This document shows, one piece after another, positions 35,806 through 44,872 of a stretch of DNA of 64,000 nucleotides. The DNA is from Rhodospirillales bacterium (GTDB lineage: Bacteria > Pseudomonadota > Alphaproteobacteria > Bin95). The notes beneath the pieces are model-generated. The model was not told the origin of the DNA. It saw only the letters and a program-made list of their open reading frames with translations, and made no database searches. The translations under genes were made by a program, and so were the position numbers. The stretch spans positions 38,076 to 102,075 of the forward strand of contig JAYQLI010000012.1 in the NCBI GenBank assembly GCA_038143065.1, in the 5' to 3' direction. How positions within the stretch are numbered: position 1 is the first letter of the stretch; each line of letters opens with the position of its first letter.

Positions 35806-36099
35806 GTGTTTGGAATAATGCTCGGCTTTACAATGATGACTTTAATCATTGCACTCGGAAAACTAGCAATAGCGTTAGAAGTTAAATTTTTTGCTGAGCA
35901 TAGAGATCTTATTTTAAATTTTGGATATTTTTCGTTCTTTGCCGGCATCCTGTACGGTTTCGTACGTCACTATATGTCAAAACATCACAAACGATTTATT
36001 GCTTCAGAAAAACGTAAATTAGAAAAAGAGTTTGAAGCCAAAAAACGAAAACTAGAAACTGACTTCAACGAGTTGAAGGTTGAATTGAAACAAAATTGA
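35806..36099 (+). CDS. Hypothetical small membrane protein with a charged coiled-coil tail (97 aa)
   Basis: Two predicted TM stretches are followed by KRKLEKEFEAKKRKLETDFNELKVELKQN. Confidence 0.4.
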   Translation: MFGIMLGFTMMTLIIALGKLAIALEVKFFAEHRDLILNFGYFSFFAGILYGFVRHYMSKHHKRFIASEKRKLEKEFEAKKRKLETDFNELKVELKQN

Positions 36100-36367
36100 G
36101 CTTGAGCATGCACGCTTAAAAGCACTTGTAGATAGATCTAAAAATAAAGATGAAAGCTCATCGGTCTGGGATACGATTTCAGCGTATAACGGTTAGTGAG
36201 GACGTCGAAAAAAGAAACAAAAAGAAGAATAGAATACTGTCTTGACCAAAAATTCAATACGAACTTTTAGATTTTCCATGGTTATTAATTGCCCACTAGT
36301 CACAGCCCCGTTAAAACTGAGCATTTTTGAGCATCTATGATGGTAACAAGAAAAGGAGATTACCATC

Positions 36368-36598
36368 ATGCTTACCTTATTTTTGCTGCTCGCTGCTGCG
36401 GGCGGTATCCTTCGGCTTACCCTGGCCTGGCTGTTAAAACAGCGCTGGGGCGTATCTATTGGCGTCCCTCAAGCCTTAGCCGGTGCGCTTGTGGTGCTGG
36501 CAGGACTGCCTGAGTTCATTAAATCCATTCCCTTTCCAGTGCCTTTAGGCCTGACCATTGGCCTGCTGCTTCCAGACCTTTTGCTGAGAAGAGGCTGA
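36368..36598 (+). CDS. Hypothetical small membrane protein (76 aa)
   Basis: A hydrophobic ORF in a locally GC-richer patch. Its stop nearly overlaps the next start (TGATATG). Confidence 0.4.
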   Translation: MLTLFLLLAAAGGILRLTLAWLLKQRWGVSIGVPQALAGALVVLAGLPEFIKSIPFPVPLGLTIGLLLPDLLLRRG

Positions 36599-36599
36599 T

Positions 36600-36764
36600 A
36601 TGGGGCAGCTGGATATAAGACCAGGATGCATCGTGCTGATAGCAGGCTTTGATGACATCCCAGAGCACAAATTCCTTATAGAAGAAATCTATGAGGGAGT
36701 TCGTTACAGGTATGGCTCTCTCGGTCCCTTTGCAGGGGGCCACGGAGAGCCAGACAAAGGATGA
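36600..36764 (+). CDS. Hypothetical 54-aa protein, apparently translationally coupled to 36368..36598
   Basis: MGQLDIRPGCIVLIAGFDDIPEHKFLIEEIYEGVRYRYGSLGPFAGGHGEPDKG was read by hand. It falls below the ORF-track size cutoff. Confidence 0.3.
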   Translation: MGQLDIRPGCIVLIAGFDDIPEHKFLIEEIYEGVRYRYGSLGPFAGGHGEPDKG

Positions 36765-36910
36765 TCCAGCTGTGATTACTCAGGGAACAACCAACGACAG
36801 CTGAGTGTAGCTGTCAGGGAAGGGCTTAAACCCAGCCCTTCATTGTTCTTACTCACAAAATCCCAACTCAACATCAAAACCAGGGCAATTGCCCCAGCAA
36901 GGGAGACAGT

Positions 36911-38164
36911 ATGTCTGCAGACATAAAATACGCCTATAAACGGCATAACACCTGGGTCTATCCCTTAGAACCTATCCCAAGGCGCTGCAACCCATCCTTG
37001 GTTCCAAGCCTCAAGCAATCCCTCAGAACAGCTGATGCCAAACAGGCAAAAGTCAGAGTGGCAGAGCTTAATCAAACATTCACAAACCTCGTAAAGGAGG
37101 CACAGGCTCATGCTGATGCTGCAACAGATGAACCCAACCCTGAAACTACTCAGCTTGGTGTGGCTTCCTCGATATCAGCGCGCAAGGCTTCTGGGTGAGC
37201 AGCCTGTTCATGGGTTAGCGAGGAGATATCTAAAAGAGCTATCTCTAACGCTTAGACCCGGCACCACAAAGTCCATTCGCTATGCGCTGGAGCTTCTAAG
37301 TTCTCATGTAGGCAAGAAGCAAAAGATAGGGGAGCTTAGCACTGATACAGGAAGAGATATCTTAAAGCTAATATCCAAGCTCTCTCCCAATGTCAGGAAA
37401 TACGCAAAGGCTAAGGAGGCCAGCCTAACAAAGCTAGTAGAGCTCTCACAAACCTATGAGGCCATATCCCTGACACCACAAACGCAGGGCCGTATCTTCA
37501 AACAATGCAGCGCTTCCTTGACTGGTGCGTGAGAGAAGGAGAGCTAGACAGCAACCCTTGGTCAACTCTCAGCATAAGAGCAAAGCCAGAGGTCTCCCCT
37601 CATGGCGTTCTAACAGATGAGCAAGTCTCAACCCTTCTCAAAGCCAAGGATAGGGTGCTTCACAGCGCCCTTCTCTTTGGCCTGCTCACGGGAATGCGCT
37701 CAGGGGAGATCTGCGGGCTCATGGCAGAGGATGTAACCCATAAAGGCAACCTTGGGCGGTTTATCAAATCAAGCCCAACGCTATTCGGCAGCTCAAGTCA
37801 AAAGCAGCTGAACGGGAAGTACCACTTCATCAAATCCTAGAGCAGCTTCTGGATACATCCCTGCCAAAACAGGGAAGGCTATTTCCCTACCTAACAGTTG
37901 ATGCTGTGGTGAAGCGGTATGCCAAGCTCAGAAGGCTCTACCCTGAACTCCAAGGCAGCGTGTTCCACTCTACCCGCAAGTGGTTCATCACTCCAGTGTG
38001 AGCGCACAGGCACCCCTGAGCACTTCACGGCCTCCCTTGTGGGACATCACTCTGCGAGGTCTGCCAATAAGCTTACCTATAGGCTTTACTCAGGAGGCAT
38101 CAGTGATGCTCAGAAGAGAGCAATTGTGGATGGGGTGAGGTTGCCATCAGAGCTGGCGTTATAA
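36911..38164 (+). pseudogene. Tyrosine recombinase/integrase (paralog 4), frameshifted
   Basis: Contains LLFGLLTGMRSGEICGL, HSTRKWFIT and LVGHHSARSANKLTYRLYSGG. Pieces 36911..37198, 37110..37532, 37505..37840 and 37919..38164 lie in different frames. Confidence 0.75.
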
Positions 38165-38648
38165 CCCCTAAATATCCCCCGTCTGGCTGCCCTTCGCGGG
38201 TGGTCAGGCGGGGGTATGACACTAATTTTTTGTAAAATACAACTGACCAAATGCGGACATTAGCATAAAGCGCAGCGAATGACTGGGTGAGCCCGAAGCA
38301 GAATTTAGCGATAAAGTCTAATGGTTACCTTATAAATCTAAACCTAGATCGAAATCATCACACATCAGCGAAGTGCTCACAAACATTTTACAACATACGA
38401 GAATATGCTGACATATTATGCCGGTGTAACAGTGGAAGTTGCTTTGTGTCCCAAAATAGCAACTGAAATTCAACGATTATCTCTCCACCGTTACACCAAT
38501 ATGATCAGTGTTGGGATGAGTTTTTGTTCTGTTAAATGAGGCATTCAGCACCTTGAATGCGGAAGACATAAACAAAAGTTTATGGAGATCATTCAACATT
38601 GGGCAAACGTTGCCAGTTTGCGACTGTAAGTAAATCAACTTTTCTCGC

Positions 38649-39370
38649 TTAAAAATTCAGAAATGCCCGCCATGATTTTTTATCCGCATCTTCTAGATAA
38701 TCACGAGATCCTTGCACCGTAAATGAATGACGAGCACCGCCATATACCCGCGCCGTGTGCTCCACACCGGCCTCTGTAAGCTCATTCAATAGCCCCGCTA
38801 AATCATCCATCCCTGATACTGGATCAGCGGAACCGTGCAATAAGATCGTTCCTTGAGTGTTCGAATAGTCTGGCCTTCCGGGGTCGCCAATCCTCCATGA
38901 AAACTTACAAAACCATCAAGTGGAAACCCTGCACGCGCGCCTTCCAAGACAGCAGCACCGCCAAAACAATATCCTGCTAAGATGCTACGTGCTGTACCTT
39001 TTGAGGTTGCTTCAATCCCTTTTGATATCCGAGCTCTGAATTCTGAGCGATCCTTGTAAAGTTTGCCTGTTTCACGACGATAATCATCAAATCCATCTAG
39101 TTTCGCATCTACACCAAACAGATCTAAGGCAACGGCCCGATAGCCTTGTTCCGCTAGCATTCTCGCTCGACCAATTTCATAGTCATCAAGTCCGTTCCAA
39201 TCATGGATAATGTATACAGTTGTTGATGCCGTGCCTTCTGGTTCGGCGACGAATGCTTTATATATGTTATCCCCGATTTGGTATGTGATCATGCTATTGT
39301 GCCCTGCCGCAATAGGTTGCGTGGCAACTAAAAGAAAAATGGATTGTAGAATTGATCTAATAAATATCAT
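38649..39370 (-). pseudogene. Dienelactone hydrolase family protein, one frameshift
   Basis: Piece 38798..39370 (signal peptide, IIHDWNGLDDY, GYCFGG nucleophile elbow) and piece 38649..38840 (LHGSADPVSG...ARHSF) lie in different frames. Confidence 0.75.
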
Positions 39371-39525
39371 CTCGTGAACTCCTTCAACATCGTAGGACTA
39401 AATAGCCTGAATATTTAGATCTGCAACTACGTATCGATTGGGTTGAGCGCGAATGGTTTGATGGTAAATATCGAAAGTGTAATGCTGGTTCTGGTGGGGT
39501 GGCTTGCACGGCTTGGGATTATGCC

Positions 39526-39655
39526 AAATAAAAAATGGCTGACCTAGAGGAGTAGGCCAGCCAGTATCTAACTACGGGACGCGGAGGGATTGCGTCACTA
39601 ATAGGAAGACTGACTTCCCCAACCATTGCCGAAAGCCAGTCAGTGAAACAGTAAC
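39526..39655 (-). ncRNA. Candidate small RNA, copy 1 of a tandem homologous pair; 5' end uncertain
   Basis: On the minus strand, a terminator hairpin UGGCUGGCC-UACUCCUCUA-GGUCAGCCA is followed by UUUUUUAUUU. An upstream hairpin is GACGC-AAUCCCUCC-GCGUC. No CDS lies on this strand upstream. Confidence 0.45.
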
Positions 39656-39767
39656 TGGTAGATACTTGTCTCAATCACCAAATCGCATCAAGCATCTGGG
39701 CGTCAAAGTTTGACCTAACGTCACAGATTTAAAATACTGATCATCTGCCTAATTTTTGTTCAACTAA

Positions 39768-39895
39768 AATAAAAGAAAAAATGGCTGACCTGTGGGAGTA
39801 GGCCAGCCAGTCTCCAACTGTCGACACTGGGATAGCGTCAAGGAGTAGAAGGCTGACCAGAGGGAAGTCAGGCAGCCTTCGATGACACAAAAAAT
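39768..39895 (-). ncRNA. Candidate small RNA, copy 2 of a tandem homologous pair; 5' end uncertain
   Basis: On the minus strand, a terminator hairpin UGGCUGGCC-UACUCCCACA-GGUCAGCCA is followed by UUUUUUCUUUUAUUUU. Upstream hairpins are GACGC-UAUCCCA-GUGUC and GAAGGCUG-(..UUCCCUCU..)-CAGCCUUC. About 90 nt align with copy 1. Confidence 0.45.
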
Positions 39896-40148
39896 TCACC
39901 TGCAGCTAGCAAGGAATTAGTAAAATGCTAGTGTCAATTAAAGTTTACACACTTCAGATTCAGTATCAAGATAATATTTTATTTTTTTACGCTGTGTCAA
40001 TCGCAGAGTAAAAAGGGCCAGATCGCATCAAGCTCAAACCAGTTAGGTATTTTCTTTGACAATGATAATATCTAATAAATTATCTTATTAAAAAGTTTCA
40101 TCGGTGCTAAAAGAACACCTCAAAATTAAAAAATGTAAAGCAAGCCAG

Positions 40149-40749
40149 ATGTACAAAATAATAGGTTCCGTCAAAAGTCGGGCGTTTCGAGTTTTATGGA
40201 TGCTAGAAGAAATGGGTCTGACCCTATGAATATACTCATGCTCCACCCCATTCAGAGTTAGTCAAACAATATAATCCCTCTGGCAAGATACCAATTCTTA
40301 TAGACCGAGGCGCAGTTATTACAGACTCAAATGCGATCATGACTTACCTAGCAGACAAACATAAGACATTGACTGCACCAGCCGGTTCAATTGAACGTGC
40401 ACATCAGGATGCGCTTTCACATCAAATCATAGACGAAATTGATGCTGTTTTGTGGGCCGCTTCTCGTCCTTCGTTAGGCCTTAAGGCATTAGAAAACTTC
40501 CCCAATATAAAAGACAGTTTCAAACAAGAATATAAACGAAACCTTGACCGTCTTGAAAAACAGATAAAAGGGTCGTTTTTAATGGGTGACAATCTTTCTT
40601 TACCTGATTTCATCCTTGGCCATTGCGCGGGTTGGGCATATGTTGCAAAGTTTTACACTGGGAGTGAGAAATTTGGGGCATACGTTAAAAGCTTAAGAAC
40701 ACGACCGGCATACCAAGCTGCAGCTCGATTAGATATGTCTGACAGTTAA
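40149..40749 (+). pseudogene. Glutathione S-transferase, one frameshift near codon 25
   Basis: MYKIIGSVKSRAFRVLWMLEEMGL is followed by a stop. The protein continues as YEYTHAPPHSELVKQYNPSGKIPILIDRGAVITDSNAIMTYLADKH in the frame of ORF 40339..40749. There is an extra C in a CCC run at about 40225. Confidence 0.7.
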
Positions 40750-41086
40750 TAAGGTCCACATGTCCCATCAGGGGAAGGTGTGGAAGGTTTACAGATATAA
40801 GAATCTATCGAACCCAAAAGGGCATTATCAGGCAACAAGAGCATACCGAAGGCGTTAAGACACGTTTGTATGAGATTTTGCGGACTACAAGACCCCAAAT
40901 CACATACTAGCCAATAATAAATCGCTTTCTAGTGCGATACTAAATATACTTAATAAAATAAGATTAGTTTAGTTTAGTTAAAATATGCGGTGTGACTTAA
41001 GCAAAATATTTACTTCTTTAAACTAATAGAACTGTCGCTTTCGGCAAAGAAAGCGTTTATGGCAAGCAATATCTTTGACAGACTGA

Positions 41087-42024
41087 TTGGAACAAAGATA
41101 CTGGCCTGTTATGGAAGCCCGAAAGTTAGCTATTTGTTTAATTTTGGTATCTACGCTTGGGTTCGCGTTGCAAGACACGGTTGTGAAACTCCTAGCTAAT
41201 ATTGGTTCTTTGTGGCAATTGATGTTTCTGCGAGCAGTAATTGTCGTTTTAATTCTAATAACTTGGGCAGTACTTAAAAACCATCTAAATTTGATAAGAC
41301 CAGCGGGCTGGAAGTGGCCAATTATTCGCGCCTTTTTAATGAGTTGTGCGTACACTTTTTTTTATGCATCACTTCCTTTTACTTCACTAGCACAAGCGGC
41401 ATCATGTTTTTTTATGGGCCCCATTTTTACCTGCCTATTTGCCGCCATAATATTAAAGGAAAAAATTGGAAGATGGAGAGTATCCTCAATTTTTTTGGGA
41501 TTTTTAGGGGTACTTTACATTATTCAGCCCGGCACTTCTGGTATGCAGGCCATTTTGTTTTTGCCAGTTTTAGCGGGGGCATCTTACGCACTTGCAGTTG
41601 TAATAACTCGAGGATATTGCGCAGATCACCCTGCCTTATCATTAACAATTATTCATAATGCATTTTATGCATTGATTGGCGCACTAATGATCACGGTTAT
41701 TCCAATTTTCCCAATTGAAATAGACACACGAGTTTCAAATCCATTTGTTTTATCTGGTTGGGTACAACCAACATCAATGATACTTTTTTGATTGGAATTA
41801 CATCGATCACTCATATTGTTGCAATGACCGCCTCTATACGAGCCTATCAGTCAACCGAAAGTAGCTTTGTTGCCCCTCTAGAATACACATATTTAGTTTT
41901 TGCTCTAATAATTGATTACACGGTTTGGCAAACACTTCCTAATGCGCAGGGACTAATTGGTGTAACATTGGTTATTGGCGCAGGGGTCATGATTGCAATT
42001 AGAGAAGGAATAGAAAAGAAATAA
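41087..42024 (+). pseudogene. EamA/DMT-family transporter, single frameshift in a T6 run (41784-41789)
   Basis: Pieces 41087..41791 and 41758..42024 together give a 10-TM EamA-like protein and join at the homopolymer. Confidence 0.75.
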
Positions 42025-42407
42025 GTGGCACAATTACGCACATTTAAAGGCAGTACTAACTAGATTCTGACCTAGATAAGCGGGCATCGAAAAGCGATTG
42101 GAACAAAAAATTGCAAAACTCTTGAGAGCTGGCAAAAGTATCGTTCCCTTCACTTAAAACCTTCCACATGTTTCCACACCTTCCACCAAAGTATCCCCAC
42201 CCCACCTCACATTACCAACCACTCACCACAAAAGCGTTTAATGAGATCAGCTTGTTTGCTAAGAAAATAGCAAAGGCGAAACAGCCGCTCAGTTCTGTTT
42301 AAGTTCTGTTAACACCTGTTGGGTGCGCTGTGCCGTCAATTACAAGTTTCGGCTCTATACCTACATCAATTAACTCGGGTCGTTTTCCATATATTTCGAC
42401 ACTTTCA

Positions 42408-42977
42408 TTAATGCTTTTTATATCCTCTACAAAATTTCATTAACCGAGGAAATCCATCTAATAATTTTGGATCAAGCTTCTTCGACAAATCTAGGTGGTG
42501 AAAACACGCAAACTCAGCAGCTCTGGGCGTGTCATCAACAAAATACTTTCCATCATGTTTGTTCAGATAACGCTCTAAATCGAAAAATCTGCTTTCCAAA
42601 TCAGCTCTCATCGCATCTCGTTTAGCTTTAAAGTCTTCACCAACCGCAAAATTAACGGTTGGATTTAAAGGCGCAAATAATTCCTGTGAACTTTGTAATA
42701 CAGCACTTGCTTCAGCGGCCTTTTCTGGATCAGGTATCGTAAGACCTGCTATTGCTTCTATATAATTTAAGATCGCTATGCTCTGAGCAATCTGAGTTCC
42801 ATTATCTAACTCCAAAATTGGTAATTGTTTAAATGGCACATTTGCTTTTACGTTAATCCATTGATCGTCAAAATGATCCCAAGACATCAGATACTTGTAC
42901 TCTATGCCAGAAGAGCACATCAGCATTTGTGGTGCCTCGGCAAGCGCCCGCATTTTAAAATAAATAAGCTTAATCAT
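42408..42977 (-). CDS. Glutathione S-transferase-like protein (189 aa), intact
   Basis: The N-terminal thioredoxin-like part is MIKLIYFKMRALAEAPQMLM...FKQLPILELDNGTQIAQSIAILNYI, followed by a helical C-domain. Confidence 0.7.
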   Translation of the reverse strand: MIKLIYFKMRALAEAPQMLMCSSGIEYKYLMSWDHFDDQWINVKANVPFKQLPILELDNGTQIAQSIAILNYIEAIAGLTIPDPEKAAEASAVLQSSQELFAPLNPTVNFAVGEDFKAKRDAMRADLESRFFDLERYLNKHDGKYFVDDTPRAAEFACFHHLDLSKKLDPKLLDGFPRLMKFCRGYKKH

Positions 42978-43182
42978 CTGTCACCTTCACCAGTATGCAC
43001 GATCCTAAAAGCGTAACGGCTAAAAAATAATTTTCAAAGAAATACCTTTTTCGAGAAAAAATGTGAGAGCAGGATACCTAGCAACTAGAGCGGCCGAGCT
43101 TTTTCTCCCCCCTTCTTTTTCTTGATGTTGAACAATTCATTTGCTTAGGTTGATGCCTAATCTTTGAAGTTAAGGAAACAAA

Positions 43183-43446
43183 ATGTCATTGAACAAATAT
43201 ACTAAAGCCGAACTTCTTGAGATGCTTTCGTCTAGGGGCATTGATGCAAAGCCATCAATGAAGAAGGATGCGCTAATTGAATTGTTAGGAAATACCGTCG
43301 AGCCAGCGCGGGAAGAAGCAATGATCGAAGCATCAGCGTCCGAGGAAAATACAAAGAGCACCACCAAACCAAGTGCATCTCAACCAGTATTTCTAGTAGT
43401 TGGTGTATTTATCGTACTCGCAATTCTTGCATGGATAATACTCTAA
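43183..43446 (+). CDS. Small protein with an N-terminal SAP/HeH (Rho-N-like) motif and a C-terminal TM anchor (87 aa)
   Basis: Contains LNKYTKAELLEMLSSRGIDAKPSMKKDALIELL. The tail is VFLVVGVFIVLAILAWIIL. An RBS (AAGGAAAC) lies upstream. Confidence 0.5.
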   Translation: MSLNKYTKAELLEMLSSRGIDAKPSMKKDALIELLGNTVEPAREEAMIEASASEENTKSTTKPSASQPVFLVVGVFIVLAILAWIIL

Positions 43447-43529
43447 TATTGTTGAGATAATGTTTGCCCAGCGTTTCCTCAGAAAAGCAAAGGCTCAGCG
43501 CTTTTCCGCTAAACCCTTGATATTAGCAG

Positions 43530-43572
43530 TGAGCTGTACAGGATTTGAACCTGTGACTCTCATCAATTTCAA
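43530..43572 (-). tRNA. tRNA 3'-half remnant (T-arm plus acceptor 3' strand), cut off by the adjacent IS remnant
   Basis: The minus strand reads ..UUGAAAUUGAUGAGAGUC-ACAGG-UUCAAAU-CCUGU-ACAGCUC-A. The T-loop GGTTCAAATCC is canonical. No matching 5' half or D-arm is present. Confidence 0.35.
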
Positions 43573-43580
43573 TGAACTAC

Positions 43581-43754
43581 GCTTGTTGTCTTAGCCCCCT
43601 AGCTCTGTGCCTTTATATTTTGGCAAAGGGAGTAAGGAAACATGTCTCGAAAGCGTTATTCTGATGCAGATGTGTTGAAGTTATTACGCAAAATTGATGT
43701 TCATTTGCACGATGGTTTAGACGTAGTAAGTGCGTGTCGCAAAGCTGGGATTTC
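43581..43754 (+). mobile_element. Truncated IS3-family remnant (left end plus first ~38 codons of orfA)
   Basis: Encodes MSRKRYSDADVLKLLRKIDVHLHDGLDVVSACRKAGIS. It is homologous to 10902..11112, including about 60 nt upstream of the ATG, and homology stops abruptly at about 43754. Confidence 0.65.
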
Positions 43755-43839
43755 TGGACTGGTTTTGAAGTAGTCGAAAGGATACAGGGTTGGGCATGTC
43801 ACAGAAGTTAATTTCCAAGATGCTGCTGGGCAAGGTGGT

Positions 43840-44872
43840 TTATTCTGACAAAGCCGATGCATGCATTGTAGCCTGTAACAAAAGTCTAGGCTGAGTTTGA
43901 GCTTCCTCTTGAAAATTTAATTTTGAGCGCCATCCTCTCCAATTCGCCTGAATAAGAGCTTGAGCCGTCGCACCGCCAAGCGTGGTGCCTGGGCCCAAAA
44001 CGATAAAAACATCTGGCATAAATTCACGCGCCGCTGTGCGAATAGCTGCCGTAAAGTCATAAGGTTCAACAACCTGATGCCCTAGCGTGTAGTTATATAG
44101 CGCGCTAATATCTGTCGAGTTGGGATACCAAATTGCACCACGACCATCAATGAGCGGGATGGTCGGTTGGACAAATAGCTGCTCTGAAAGCGCGTCAAAG
44201 CCAAGTTTGGAAATAGGTCTTTGCAAATGGGTATGAAAACCTGCATGATTTTGTAGGCGCATCGGGAAACGCCCCTGTAAAGCTGGGACTGATCTTTCAA
44301 ATGCGCTCAAACCTGCCTCGTTTCCCGCAAGTACCAACATGCCACCAAGATCAATGGATAGGCCCAGATCGTGATCTGGGCGGGCGTTGATCGTGGCGGC
44401 TTCAGACAGCAAATTGTCGCGTCTGCCAGGAATTTCTTGCCAATTATCGTCTAGAAAAGGATAGATCAATTGGCCACCAATCATGTGAACTTGCATGAGC
44501 GTTCCCATGGTGTTGACAACCTGCATCCCACCCATGGGATCAAGTGCACCCGCGCAAGCCAACGCGATATACCAACCCATGGAATTGCCCGTTATCCCAA
44601 CAATATCGAAAAGATCACGATCAATGGAAACAAAATCAGAATAGGCGCAGGCATAAATAAGCGGTGCCGCATTGTCACCGCGCGTGTGTGTGGGACCAGA
44701 AAATTGGGAAAACGTATCTAGCTCACTGATTTTTTTTGGCCAAGCGTGGCGCGGTAAGCATCAAATTGGTCAAGATTTGGAGCGTTCGGGTGATGCCGTT
44801 TCAGATAACCGAGTTCGTTTTTATTATAAGTGCCCCGGCCAGGCGCGATAACAACTGCGGTTTGTTTCATAA
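43840..44872 (-). pseudogene. FabD-like acyltransferase (malonyl-CoA:ACP transacylase superfamily), single frameshift in an A8 run
   Basis: The N-terminus MKQTAVVIAPGRGTYNKNELGYL runs from 44872. GITGNSMGWYIALA (GxSxG nucleophile) and the remainder are in ORF 43840..44580. The frames switch at the homopolymer 44730-44737. The start overlaps the E1 stop (ATGA). Confidence 0.65.

Noticed and set aside
43530-43572. A complete tRNA gene at this position
   Set aside because: Only the T-arm and 3' acceptor strand are canonical. The expected D-arm and 5' acceptor strand are replaced by IS-related sequence, and the anticodon-stem/variable-loop spacing is irregular. I report it only as a remnant.
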